Positions 1 through 12,226 of a stretch of 64,000 nt of DNA are shown here, piece by piece. The DNA comes from Octopus sinensis. Its lineage: Eukaryota. The stretch's first letter is position 1. Every line of letters begins with the position of its first letter. Under the pieces are notes generated by a model that made no database searches, had not been told where the DNA came from, and saw only the letters and a list, made by a program, of their open reading frames with translations. The position numbers were made by a program, and so were the translations under genes. The DNA lies in NCBI RefSeq assembly GCF_006345805.1, contig NC_042999.1, positions 9,796,001 to 9,860,000 of the forward strand, given 5' to 3'.

Positions 1-621
1 TGAGGCCTTCCGTCCCCATCAATGGCCTCAGTAATTGGCATTAAGCTGATGAACGGTCAGCCAAACGACTGTTATTGCTCGCTTAGGAAAAATAAAACGG
101 GAAACTGAACTGAAGCTCAAAAGAAAAGAAAAAAAGACGAAATCAATAAAATTATCAATAAATTTATTATTATTGTGATTTTTGTGTATTTCCTATATTA
201 TGTCGGTAAGTCTTTCATCGTTTTGAAATTTTCTGTTTTCCTTTCTCGGACATGATTTGAGTCGAGTTCAATGATAGCGTTTTGAGCTGTGAGTCACTGG
301 TTCATTGTCATGCGACGAGGACAGCGCCTGTTTATTGTTAGTTTCTAAAGACACATGTAATAGCAATTAACGAAATAGAAAATTGAAAACCAGACAGGAA
401 ATATATTGATTTCTAACATTAACACAAGGCCACACGGTGTGTGTGTGGGGAGGCTGGAGTCGATTAAATAGACACCAGATTGATACTTGATTGAAAGGAT
501 TAAAAAAAAAGAAAATCAATCCCATCTGGGTTTGAACCCAAAACAAAAACACAAGCTTTGGAGACATTTATTGTAGAGACTCTGCCTTCTTCTAGCTTCA
601 GATGGTAACTGGCAGAGAATA

Positions 622-867
622 AGGCGGCGGCGAGCTGGCAGAATCGTTAGCACGCCGGGCGAAATGCTTAGTGGTATTTAGTCCGTATTTAGTCCGTCGC
701 TGCGTTCTGAGTTCAAATTCCGCTGAGGTCGACTTTGCCTTTCATCCTTTCGGGGTCAATTAAATAAGTACCAGTTACACACTGGGGTCGATATAATCGG
801 CTTAATACCTATGTCTGTCCTTGTTTGTCCCCTCTGTGTTTAGCCCCTTGTGGGTAATAAAGAAATA
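622..867 (+). mobile_element. tRNA-derived SINE family A (Nin/Deu-like central domain, tail type A)
   Basis: Head GGCGGCGAGCTGGCAGAATCGTTAG, B-box-like GTTCAAATTCC, central GAGGTCGACTTTGCCTTTCATCCTTTCGGGGTC (resembles Deu/Nin SINE domain), tail ending GTAATAAAGAAATAG; many copies in window. Confidence 0.85.
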
Positions 868-884
868 GGTACTAACAGAGAATA

Positions 885-1119
885 AGGCGGCGATGAGCTG
901 GCAGAATCGTTAGCACGCCGGACGAAATGCTTAGTGGTATTTCGTCCGTCGCTGCGTCCTGAGTTCAAATTCTGCTGAGGTCGACTTTGCCTTTCATCCT
1001 TTCGGCGTCGATTAAATAAGTACCAGTTACACATTGGGGTCGATATAAACGACATAATCCGTTTGTCTGTCCTTGTTTGTCCTGTCTGTGTTTAGCCCCT
1101 TGTGAGTAGTAAAGAAATA
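885..1119 (+). mobile_element. SINE family A, second tandem copy (tail A)
   Basis: Same structure as 622-867; flanked by GGTACT(AA/GG)CAGAGAATA direct repeats. Confidence 0.85.
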
Positions 1120-1202
1120 GGTACTGGCAGAGAATATTCACCCTTTAATCTTTAGTTTGCTACATTCTTTTTGATGTGTTTGCGTACGTGTCAGCGATGT
1201 AC

Positions 1203-1508
1203 TGGTCCTCCGTCAGATACAACGACGAGCGATCCAAATGATCCGATCAACTGGAACAGCCTCCTGATGAAATTAACGTGTAAGCAGCCGAGTACTCCAC
1301 AGACGCGTGTACCCTTAATGTAGTTCTCAGGGAGATTAAGGGCGGCACAAAATGGGACAGGGCTGACCCTTTAAATTACAGGTATAACTCATTTTTGCCT
1401 GCTGAGTAAACTTGAGTAATGTGGAATAAAGTGTCTTGCTCAAGGACACCACCGTGAATCGAACTCACCACCCTACGATATTTAGCCAAATATTCTAACC
1501 AAAAAGCC
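1203..1508 (-). mobile_element. tRNA-derived SINE family C, diverged
   Basis: Minus strand has tRNA-like head, GTCCTTGAGCAAGACACTTTATT block and tail homologous to copies at 4676, 30358, 50870, 59180, 60170. Confidence 0.75.
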
Positions 1509-2494
1509 TTGACGATGTATAAACTGTATCGTAAGAACTGTCTGGAGTCCTTGAGCTCATTAGGGGTCAGCTGCCTCTTCTCTGTGGTGTGTTAGTGACT
1601 GAGATTACAACATTTCCCCTGAAGTACAACCAACATTGGAGCATGCCACCGCCGCCGCTCTCATATGTGAGATGTTACTTCCTTTTTTTATTTTTTTTGA
1701 CGCGAAGTGGAGGGTTCGAATCTAGTGTTTGATTTCTTTTCACAACAAATCCTAATAAATCTCACTTGCTCTCTAAATCAAATTGCAGCTCCTTTTAATC
1801 AAACTCTTAGCGCTCGCTTCTCAGGCGTTTTAATATCTACGTTTCAAATTTATTTTAATAGATTTTATAAGAAAATAAACCGCAAAAAAATTCAAAGATC
1901 TTTCACCATTCATATCTATCAATAAACTTTTCAATAATTTATCTCTCCACCAAAATCTCAAAATAAATTTCTGTTTTATTCTTGAACTCCCTACCCTCTT
2001 CTTCCCCCACTTTTACTTATTATCTCTTTATCAAGTTACACTTAAATTAGCGCACGATCTCACTTCGAACCTTTACCTTTTCCTACAATCTCGTTCTCAA
2101 CTGAAATCTTTATTCTTTCTTGGTTGATTTGAAATTCAAAAGTTTCATTCGGTTAAAAACGTGGCACTTTCCTTCTCAAAATTCATTCTCATTTCAACTA
2201 AAATTTCAGTTTTTAAGCCTATCCCTTTCTTTTTCGATTTTAGGTATTCTTCCTTTTTATTATTATATAATTGTGATCTTTTTCACAATTGTTTTACTCG
2301 TTGTCTCCACCCAACTCTCACAACGCAACACTGTTTCTACCACCAAAATCTAACTGTTTCTCTCTAAACCAAACAAATTTCGCTTTAAATATTCAAAAAT
2401 ATAAATATAAAAGACTTTACTTTTTTACGGAGATGTACTTACATAGCAAGTGACCTGATCTGAGATCGTGTGCTGGAACGAAAACAATTGCAGC

Positions 2495-2648
2495 GTGGAA
2501 GGTGTTTATAAGCCATAGCACAGAATTTTGTCAGTGAACAGATCGTGGTCTCAAAGCGACGAAAATATTTTGGCAAATTAAATTTAAATGTTGAAGTGAA
2601 TCTAACGGTTTTTGTGTGCTTCTTAAATGGCTTATAAACACCTTCCAC
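2495..2648. repeat. Small element bounded by a perfect 22-bp inverted repeat
   Basis: GTGGAAGGTGTTTATAAGCCAT (2495-2516) and its reverse complement (2627-2648). Confidence 0.6.
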
Positions 2649-2916
2649 TTTACTTTTTCTTTCTTCCCAATTCCAAATTTGTGAAGCTGAAAAATATTAG
2701 CGCCTCACCCATTTTATTTTTCTAGCAATCTGTTGTCTCATTGGTTATTCCATTGCAAAGGAGAGCATCGTCTTGCCAGAAATCCTTGTTTTTCCGACAA
2801 TGAAACAATTTCAGTTTGATTGGATGATAGAATATACCACATAATCTGAATTGCTCTCTCTCGTTTTAAATATGGAGTCCTTAATATTCCTATTCAACTG
2901 TAAAGTCTTCAGTAGT

Positions 2917-2959
2917 CGTATATATAACTATTTCAATCTATTTGGATCTCATCAGTGCG
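2917..2959 (-). ncRNA. Degenerate type-I hammerhead ribozyme motif (PLE-type)
   Basis: Minus strand CGCA-CTGATGA-GATC caaata GATT-GAAA-TAGTTA-TA; canonical core, weakened stems I and III. Confidence 0.5.
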
Positions 2960-3047
2960 AGGGAATTGAGAACTTCTTAATTATCATAAATTATTATTTT
3001 TAATTATATTGCATTATTTAATAATTATACCATGTCATTTCATTATG

Positions 3048-3083
<36 letters not shown>

Positions 3084-3688
3084 GTGTGTGTGGGGGGTGA
3101 CGGAATAATCTAGCAGAAATTAATGTAGGGAAAATATACAAACTAATTCACGAAGTTTAAAATTATGTGAGTTCGGGAACCTACCAAGAAGAAAGATTTT
3201 TCTGCTGAGAAAGAATCCATATTTCACGAACGTGGACAATGATATCCCAAGTGGAGCTAATCCCGACGTGAATGAAATGAAATTCCCAACCATTTTCAAA
3301 AAAAAAAAAAAAGTTCCATTAAAACATTTCTACAATCTACACAAAGAATATCCTCGCGAATTGGGATCGAAAAGGAATCCATGGGATCCATTTCAAAGAG
3401 AACGAAAATGAGGAATGGTATATTTTAATGATCCGGATGATGTGAACCCAGTACATCAAAAGAATACTTCGTGAAAGATTCTGGAATTTCCAAGCCATTG
3501 GAATCTCCATGTATTAAGGGAGCAAAACGTGGGAGTTATTGGGAAAAGGGAGCTTCGCGATTGCATGTCTCAGTATTTTCTTATTCTGAAATTAGATCGG
3601 ATTCCTTTGTCAGGCAGGTATGAAAATCTGCATTTTCAGCATAATGGTGCTGGAACCACACATAATGGTATCGGCATGGAGAATCATG

Positions 3689-3926
3689 AGGCGGCGAGCT
3701 GGCAGAAAGGTTAGCAAGCTGGATGAAATGCTTAGCGGTATTTCGTCTGCTGCTACGTTCTGAGTTCAAATTCCGCCGGGTTTTGACTTTGCCTTTCATT
3801 ATTTCTTTCGGGGTCGATAAATTAAGTACCAGTTACGCACTGGGGTCGATGTAATCGACTTAATCCGTTTGTCTCTCCTTGTTTGTCCCCTTTGTGTTTA
3901 GCCCCTTGTGGATAGTAAAGAAATAG
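3689..3926 (+). mobile_element. SINE family A (tail A) with ~12-bp TSD
   Basis: Full head-body-tail; ATGGAGAATCAT before and ATGAAGAATCAT after. Confidence 0.85.
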
Positions 3927-3979
3927 TTATGAAGAATCATTTACATGAAAATTTTGCGCAGAAGACGATGTCTCCATAT

Positions 3980-4262
3980 TTAACGGTCGGAGGATCGCGG
4001 TTCGATTCCAAGACCAGACGTCGTGTGTGTTTATTGAGCGAAAACACCTGAAAGCTCCACGAAGCTCCGGCAGGGGGGGGGGCGACCCCTGTTGTACTCT
4101 TTCGCCACAACTTTCTCTCACTCTCTCTTCCTGTTTCTTGAGTAACGCTGCGATGGACTGGCGTCCAGTCCAGCTAGTGGGGGTGGGAGGACACATATGC
4201 CACAGAAACAGGGAATCTGGGCCCATGAGGCTGGATTGAAAAGGGCGACGTTTACCGTTTAT
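3980..4262 (+). mobile_element. tRNA-derived SINE related to family C with a different 3' region
   Basis: GGTTCGATTCC B-box, GAGCGAAAACACCT..AAGCTCCACG shared with 48725 and 50870 copies; 3' GCGATGGACTGGCGTCC resembles V/Meta-type SINE 3' segments. Confidence 0.7.
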
Positions 4263-4297
4263 CATTTATATTCATATATATGTCTACTTATATATAT

Positions 4298-4450
4298 GAG
4301 TGGCTGTGTGGTAAGTAGCTTGCTTACCAACTACATGGTTCCGGGTTCAGTCCCACTGCGTGGCACCTTGGGCAAGTGTCTTCGGCTATAGCCTCGAGCC
4401 GAAAGCCTTGTGAGCGGATTTGGTAGACGGAAACTGAAAGAAGACCGTCG

Positions 4451-4482
<32 letters not shown>

Positions 4483-5089
4483 ACACAATATAATATATAT
4501 ATATATATATATATATACACAAATATTTATATATATATACATATGTATGTGTGTGTTTGTGTGCCTGTGTTTGTCTTTCACCTACCACCATCGCTTGACA
4601 ACCGATGGTGGCGTGTCTACGTCCTCGTAACCCAGCGGTGCGGTTCGGCAACAGAGACCGATAGAATATATACTAAAAAAGACTCCACCGGTTACGACGA
4701 CGAGGGTCCCAGCTGATACGATCAACGGAACGGCTTGCTCGTGAAATTAACGTGCAAATGGCTGAGCATTCCACAGACACGTGTACCCTTAACGTAGTTC
4801 TCGGGGATAATCAGCGTGACACAGAGAGTGACAAGGCTGACCCTTTGAAATACAAGTACAGCTCATTTTTGCCAGCTGAGTGGACTGGAGCAACGTGAAA
4901 TAAAGTGTCTTGCTCAAGGACACAACGCGTCGCCGGGAATCGAACTCACAACCTTACGATCATGAGCCGAATGCCCTAACCACTAAGCCACGCGCCCTCA
5001 CAGAATATATACTAGGCTTACAAAGAATAAGTGGTGCGGTTGATTTATTCGACTAAAGGCAGTGCTCCAAATAAAAGACTAAAAGAATA
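4298..5089 (+). mobile_element. SINE family B, interrupted by a family C SINE
   Basis: Head GAGTGGCTGTGTGGTAAG..GGTTCAGTCCC..CCTTGGGCAAG, internal microsatellite; 3' part resumes at ~5015. Confidence 0.85.
4676..5001 (-). mobile_element. SINE family C nested in SINE B, 13-bp TSD
   Basis: AGAATATATACTA at 4663-4675 and 5002-5014. Confidence 0.9.
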
Positions 5090-5129
<40 letters not shown>

Positions 5130-5165
5130 ACACACAAATATATATATTATATATATATAATATAT

Positions 5166-5221
<56 letters not shown>

Positions 5222-5529
5222 GCACACACACACACAGATATATATACATATTTATATATACATACATGTATACATGCATCATATATGTCATGCTGCATTC
5301 AGTCGACTCAAGACACTTTCTAGACACAGGTCAGTATCGAACCTCTACCATCCATGTTCCAATAATATCCTGCTTCTTCCTTCATACCTCTGTTCGGACA
5401 ACATGCGTACGTGTGCACTGAGGAGTGAAGCTGTTTGTGATCTTCACATACACAAACATATATAAATATACACGTGAATATGTATATACGTGTGTGTGTA
5501 GTAAGTATGTATTCGTGCATGTATATATG

Positions 5530-5723
5530 TGTGTGAGAGAGTGTGCAAGTGTACAGCCTCGGGCTGACCGAAGCCTTGTAAGTGGATTTAGTAGGTGGAA
5601 ACTGAAAGAAGCCCGTCGTATATATATATACATATACACCACATTCGTTGTCAAGCGACGGTGGGGGGAACACAGACATACAGATATATACATACATACA
5701 TACATACATACATATAAATGTAA

Positions 5724-5781
<58 letters not shown>

Positions 5782-5988
5782 ATATCTATATGTATGTATA
5801 TATCTGTATGTCTGTGTTCCCCCCACCGTCGCTTGACAACGAATGTTGGTGTGTTTACGTCCACGTAACTTAACGGTTCGGCAAAGGCACTAGGCTTGCA
5901 AAGAATAAGTTCTGTGGTTGATTTATTCGGCTAAATGCCGTGCTCCAGCATGTCCACAGCCAAAAGACTGAAAAAAGTAAAAGAACAA
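5530..5988 (+). mobile_element. SINE family B, 5'-truncated, containing an inverted duplication
   Basis: Body and 3' part match family B; ~57-bp inverted copy at 5641-5698. Confidence 0.8.
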
Positions 5989-6007
5989 AATATATATGCA
6001 TACGCGC

Positions 6008-6385
6008 AGGAGTGGCTGTGTGGTAAGTAGCTTGCTTACCAACCACATGATTCCGGGTTCAGTCCCACTGCGTGGCACCTTGGGCAAGTGTCTTCTACTA
6101 TAGCCTCGGGCCGACCAAAGCCTTGTGAGTGGATTTGGTAGACGGAAGCCCGTCGTATATGTATATATATTCGTGTGTGTGTTTGTGTGTCTGTGTTTGT
6201 CCCCCTAGCATTGTTTGACAACCGATGCTGGTGTGTTTATTTCCCCGTTACTTAGCGGTTCGGCAAAAGAGACCGATAGAATAAGTACTGGGCTTACAAA
6301 AGAATAAGTCCCGGGGTCGAGTTGCTCGATTAAAGGCGGTGCTCCAGCATGGCCGCAGTCAAATGACTAAAACAAGTAAAAGAGT
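6008..6385 (+). mobile_element. SINE family B, full length
   Basis: Head through tail GGTGCTCCAGCATGGCCGCAGTCAAATGACT..AAGTAAAAGAG. Confidence 0.9.
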
Positions 6386-6495
6386 ATGCAAATATATAAA
6401 TGTTATATACACACACACACACACACACACACATACACACACACACACATACATATATATATATATTTGTATGTATATGTGTGTGTATATATGTA

Positions 6496-6526
<31 letters not shown>

Positions 6527-7967
6527 ATATATATATATATTGTATGTATGTACATATATACATACAATATACATATATTGCGGGAGATGGGCCGAGAGAC
6601 CCCACCTCCTCCCTGGTTTCCTTTAACAAACCAGGACAATTAAGTTTATCGCTACTGGAGAAGTCGGGATTTATTGGTACAAAGCCAAGTATTACGAGTG
6701 ATGAAGACTTATTCGGCCACGTTTATCATTAACACTATGTCATATTTGATGTCAAGCTTTTGTCCTCTGCCAATATGGCTGGCGCCCAACTCAGTGGGAT
6801 GTTTCGACGTGGCCTTTCAAACTCTTCGTTGCCAATAAATTAATACTGAACAGCTTTAAAGGAGTTTTGATACGACAAACTACAAGCTGCCTTCCAACCA
6901 GATTACGTTAAGTTTGTTTGTTTTTATTGAAGTTTGGGGCTAGTTCCCTTTTTTTTTTGTTTAATTTTATATTATTTTTCTTGATTATTTACACAATACT
7001 GAGAATCAAACCAATAACAACAAAAAGACAAATCGCACACGTGTACGCATTATAAACACACACACACACATACATACTTATATATATATATATAAATAAA
7101 TATATATATATTCATATATATATATGTGTGTGCTTATGTATATATGTATATATATGTGTGTGTGTATGCATATATGTATATATATATATATATACGTATG
7201 TATATATATATATGTGTATGTGTATATATATATATGTATATGTGTGTGTATGTATATATATATATATATATATATGTTATATATACGCATGTATATATAT
7301 ATAGAGAGAGAGATAGGTTGACAGACAAACAAACAGACGGAGGGACAGACAGATAGATGGATGTACGGACAGACAGACAAATAGAGAGATATAGATAAAT
7401 ATATCAAATCTTTCGTCAGGTAACCAATGATTGAAGTGCGTGTGTGCGCGCGCGCGTGGGTGTGGGGGTGTGCGCGCGCATGTTAAATGTTTCAAAGACT
7501 ACAAATCATTAACACAAACTGATCTGATATAATTAATAAAATCACGAATACGATGCGAACTCATGTCTCCGCACTGACCTCTTCCTGCAATAAACACTAC
7601 AGTGTAACGCTACAAATATTATCATTACTTGCACTAAAGATCGGAGGTATTCGAGAAGTGCAGGCACTACAAAAAATACCTCTCTCAAGGAACTGAGTTG
7701 CCGTATCACAACCATTCTATTTTAATATGCTACATGCTACATCCTGCAACTGAAATCAAAATGCCCAACTTTTATTACTTTTAAACTAATCGAAATGTAT
7801 TCTTTAAATTTCATAATTACTTAATTTTATATCTTTATATACTGTTATTCAAATTTTTATTTAATTTCCTCGATCTTCCCATTTTCCTGAGTATGAATGC
7901 ATATAGGTATTTGTACAGTTATAGCTGTATGCAAATGTATCTGCATATGAGTGTGTGTGTGTGTGTG

Positions 7968-8007
<40 letters not shown>

Positions 8008-8074
8008 GTAACAACGGAGCAGAATCTCTGCGTATACATGTGTGTTTCTTTGCTTTTTTAGTGTGGAGAAATGA

Positions 8075-8305
8075 TAGGGAGGAAAATTTGATAAGGTAGA
8101 ATGCTAAATTGAAAGTAAATGTTAATAAAAATGGGTGTATTAAATATTAAAAAAGAAAAAATAATAATGAAAACAGAAAAAATAATAATAATGAAAACCG
8201 GTTTGATTTATTATTTTTTCTTTTTTAATTTTCCATACACCCATTTTTATTAAAATTTACTTTCAATTTAGCATTCTACCTTATTATAATTTTTCCTCTC
8301 CTATA
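8075..8305. repeat. AT-rich near-perfect palindrome (foldback)
   Basis: Arms starting at 8091 and ending at 8284 match over ~50 bp with one mismatch; similarity extends inward and outward. Confidence 0.75.
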
Positions 8306-8383
8306 TATATATATATATATATATATTATGATATATTACATTGTATTATTGACTATAATATGTATGTATTTACATATATGATA

Positions 8384-8534
8384 TGGCTGTGTGGTAAGAA
8401 GCTTGCTTCCCAACCACATGGTTCCGGGTTCAGTCCCACTGTGTAGAACCCTGGGCAAGTGTCTTCTACTATAGCCTCAGGCCACCAAAGTCTTGTAAGT
8501 GGATTTGGTAGACGGAAATTGAAAGAAGCCCGTC

Positions 8535-8603
<69 letters not shown>

Positions 8604-8805
8604 TGTGTGTCTGTGTTTGTCCCTCCACCATCGCTTAATAATTGATGTTGGTGTGTTTACGTCACCATAACTTCGATTCAGCAATGGGGTCCGATACAAT
8701 AAGTACCAGGCTTATAAAGAATATGTCCTGGGGTCGATTTGTTTGACTAAAGTCGGTGCTCCAGCATGGCCGCAGTCAAATGACGGAAGCAAATAAAAAG
8801 TATAA
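8384..8805 (+). mobile_element. SINE family B
   Basis: Head, (TA)n core and family B tail. Confidence 0.85.
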
Positions 8806-8815
8806 AAGAACACAT

Positions 8816-8880
<65 letters not shown>

Positions 8881-8910
8881 CAAAATAAGCAACAAGGATA
8901 TCCAAAGGTA

Positions 8911-8997
8911 GTGTACTACAATCGTTTCATGCTACTTCATTTATTAAACAATGTAAGTATTACATCAGTTTTAAAATGTAGAGCACTCTTCAGCCAC
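8911..8997 (-). ncRNA. Degenerate hammerhead-like motif with long stem-II insert
   Basis: Minus strand CTGAAGA-GTGCT...AGCAT-GAAA-CGATTG-TA; stem I imperfect. Confidence 0.35.
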
Positions 8998-9639
8998 ATA
9001 TGGAATTTTTAAAATTGAATTGACAGTGTTCATTTTTATACTTATTCCATTTGCCAATATAAATACCTGTGCATATACACTAAGGAAAATGATCCAATCG
9101 GGTGATTTCTACCTACGCACTCAGGCAAACAAACATAAGCAGAATATCCTAACCAGACGTATGCATAGTTTCGATGGAATTTCATTTACATACACCCAGA
9201 TGCACGCGCACACTCATTTGCATATTTAGCTATTGCAATCTCGGGTACAGTCATGGCATTTATAAATTCAATCATTAGAGACAAACACATAGGCGTTGTA
9301 ATGTGTGTGCACCTCGTCCCTATTCTATAATGTAAGCACAATTTTTTCTTTTCTTTCTATCAGAGACTCCTGTCACGTGCCATTAATAGCCTTACGCATT
9401 AGTTTACACATTGAAGCTCCAAAGACAGCAAAGATTATGCCTAATATCGTGAATATTATCTGTTTATTTAATTATACATGGAATTCCACGCATTAATTAA
9501 GCAGTTTTATAATGGATTGGAAATCATTTGTAATTTTATAATTAATATTTAATATTTATGCTTTTCATTTTGAGTGGGCACCACCTGGATTGTCTACACC
9601 GACGGCAGACTTTGACATGTATATATACAAATAATTCCC

Positions 9640-9830
9640 GCTCTCTCCAAAAACAAAAACAAGAAAAAACAACAGCGCAAGGACGTGGTACATGCAAAGT
9701 ATTAAAGGACGCTCAGGGAAAGAAAGAAAGAAAGGTTGTTTTACGTTTCGAGCAAAGCTCTTCTTCAGAAACAGGAAACAGAGGAAAGTACAAGAGAAAA
9801 GGGAGACGGAGGAAAAAGATTGCCAACAAT
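9640..9830 (-). mobile_element. Penelope-like terminal-repeat fragment
   Basis: Homologous to 19770-19950 and 61660-61930; carries a hammerhead motif as typical of PLE terminal repeats. Confidence 0.55.
9737..9773 (-). ncRNA. Minimal type-I hammerhead ribozyme, canonical core
   Basis: Minus strand TGTTT-CTGAAGA-A-GAGC ttt GCTC-GAAA-CG-TA-AAACA; stems I and II intact; stem III reduced to palindromic ACGT. Confidence 0.7.
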
Positions 9831-10031
9831 CCACCCCCCCCACGCACATACACCCCCACACACACTCACACATCTGCATTTATGTATACATATATGCGCA
9901 TACTTACATATATATGTATATATAATATATATATATATATTATATATATGCATCGAAATGTGGAGTAGATACACAGCCGACAACTGATGAAGGATCGTTC
10001 TATATGTTAATAATAATAATAATAATAAATA

Positions 10032-10207
10032 GTACATGGTACAAATAGGGGTCTTAATAAGTGTGGAGCACTTGCAGAAAATATCACTGCTTGGAACCGC
10101 TCGAATACTCCGGAAGATGCTCGAAAAGAAAGAGGTGTTACCTTAGTTCACTGATAGAGAACAGCCGACACTGTAATACATCTGCAGTGCTAGAAGCTGC
10201 GCAAAGG

Positions 10208-10208
<1 letters not shown>
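10032..10208 (+). mobile_element. R4/Dong-like LINE 3' end fragment
   Basis: Encodes EHLQKISLLGTARILRKMLEK; homologous to 40126-40300; flanked by (AAT)n and (CAA)n(TAA)n. Confidence 0.8.
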
Positions 10209-10302
<94 letters not shown>

Positions 10303-10304
<2 letters not shown>

Positions 10305-10447
10305 TCCTTTCTACTATAGGCACAAGACCTGATATTTGTGGGGAGGGGGTAAGTCGATTACATCGACCCCAGTGCGTAACTGGTACTTAATTTATCGATC
10401 CTGAAAGAATGAATGGCAAAGTCGACCTCTGCGGAATTTGAACTCAG
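10303..10447 (-). mobile_element. SINE family A, 5'-truncated, tail type B
   Basis: Nin/Deu-like body plus tail ..CTTGTGCCTATAGTAGAAAGGATTATT. Confidence 0.8.
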
Positions 10448-10583
10448 TCTTTCACAAAAGATAGCAAGAAGGAAGGAATGAAAAAAGAAAGAAAAGAATT
10501 GGGGAAAAAAATTATCAGTCAAAAAGTTTAGTATAATAAATATGGTGGAATTCACTTCGTCAAGAGTAACTTCAATCTCGTAA

Positions 10584-10662
<79 letters not shown>

Positions 10663-10665
<3 letters not shown>

Positions 10666-11520
10666 TATGTGGCCCGCAGCAAACAAGCTGATGTTGACCA
10701 GAAGCAAACCCATCAGTGGCTACGGAGCTCAGGGCTAAAAGCAGAGAGCGAAGGTTTCATCCTGGCTGCTCAAGATCAAAGCCTATTAACCCGGAACTAC
10801 CAGGCCAATGTGATGAAAAATGGAGCAGACCCAAAATGCCGATTCTGCAACGACATGATTGAAACAGTGGACCACCTAATCTCTGGATGTAAAGTCTTAG
10901 CACCAGTGGAGTATAAATTAAGACATGACAGAGTTGGCCAATATCTACACTGGCTAATAAGTCAGCATTACAATATCAAAACTGCCGAGGCTGTAACTGA
11001 AGGAGAAAATGTAACGATTCTGTGGGACTTTCCAGTACATACAGACCGAACCATCAAGGCCAATAAACCAGATATTGTTGTGAAAGACCAAAACAATAAA
11101 GTTTGCTTATTGATCGACATAATATCTCAGCGAAAGAGTTTGACAAGCTCAGAAAATATAAAGACCTGCTCATTGAAATTGAGAAAATGTGGCATCTCAA
11201 GGCGTTTACAATACCAGTGATCGTAGGAGCACTAGGAATGATCAAGAAGGGAACCGAAAATTATATGAGAATGATCCCTGGCTTACCATCCCTGCAAGAA
11301 GTGCAAAAGATTGTCTTAACTGGTACATCACACGTATTGAGAAGAGCATTGTCGATGTGAGAACTGTTGCTGCTCATGTATTTTAATTTAATTTAAAAAA
11401 AAAAAAAAATTTTTAAATGAACGAACTATTGAGTTTGGTTTAATGGCCTACCAATGTATACTATGAGTTTCTTTGCCCTGGGAGTCGGGAAGACACTCGG
11501 CAAGAAATGGAAGCAAATTT
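10663..11520 (+). mobile_element. 5'-truncated non-LTR retrotransposon with restriction-like endonuclease (R4/Dong-like)
   Basis: ORFs 10669-11220 and 11103-11360 give CRFC..ETVDHLISGC zinc knuckle, RHDRV, KPDIVVKD..CLLID nuclease motif and PVIVGALG; frameshifted; (AAT)n both sides. Confidence 0.9.
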
Positions 11521-11559
11521 GAAAAAAAAAAAAAAAAAGTAATAATAATAATAATAATA

Positions 11560-11602
<43 letters not shown>

Positions 11603-11616
11603 CGATGATGATGATG

Positions 11617-11683
<67 letters not shown>

Positions 11684-12226
11684 TGATGATGATGATGATG
11701 AACCAAGGAAAACGCACGATTGATTGCTGAATCACGTGACTAATTTACAAGTAGATGTAAATGGCTATCATTTCCTTATCTCTCAATCTTCTGCTGTCAT
11801 TTATTTATTTATTTATTTATCTATTTATATAATTCTATTTTCTTCTTCATTTCTGCTTTTTGAATAAATAATTAACGAATTAGTCCGGCTGTCGAACGTA
11901 CAATGTAGATTGGTCATCTATTCTTAAGAGTTTGAGAGTTTTCCGTCTTTTTAAAAACTTTCTACTGAAATTCCTTCATCGTTCACATCACCACCACCAC
12001 CATCACCATCACCACCACCACCACCACCACCATCACCATCACTACCACCATCAGCAGCAGCAACATCAGCAGCATATCAACATCAACATCATCATCAACG
12101 TTGTCGTCTTCTTCGACAGCATTGTCAATGCCATCGTATTCCTGATTAGAATGTCTCCAGGCGCTCACAGCCTTCTCCCAGTCCGGCGATGGTATCGGTG
12201 AATGTTCCGCTTTAGAAATTTATAGA

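Noticed and set aside
2441-2470. Possible 30-nt minus-strand micro-exon (HDLRSGHLL, CH-domain-like)
   Set aside because: Too short, no partner exons, adjacent to an inverted-repeat element; chance splice-like sites are common
4324-8699. Many ORFs rich in YI, CV and HT dipeptides
   Set aside because: Translations of (TA)n and (TG)n microsatellites and SINE bodies; the same applies to similar ORFs throughout the window
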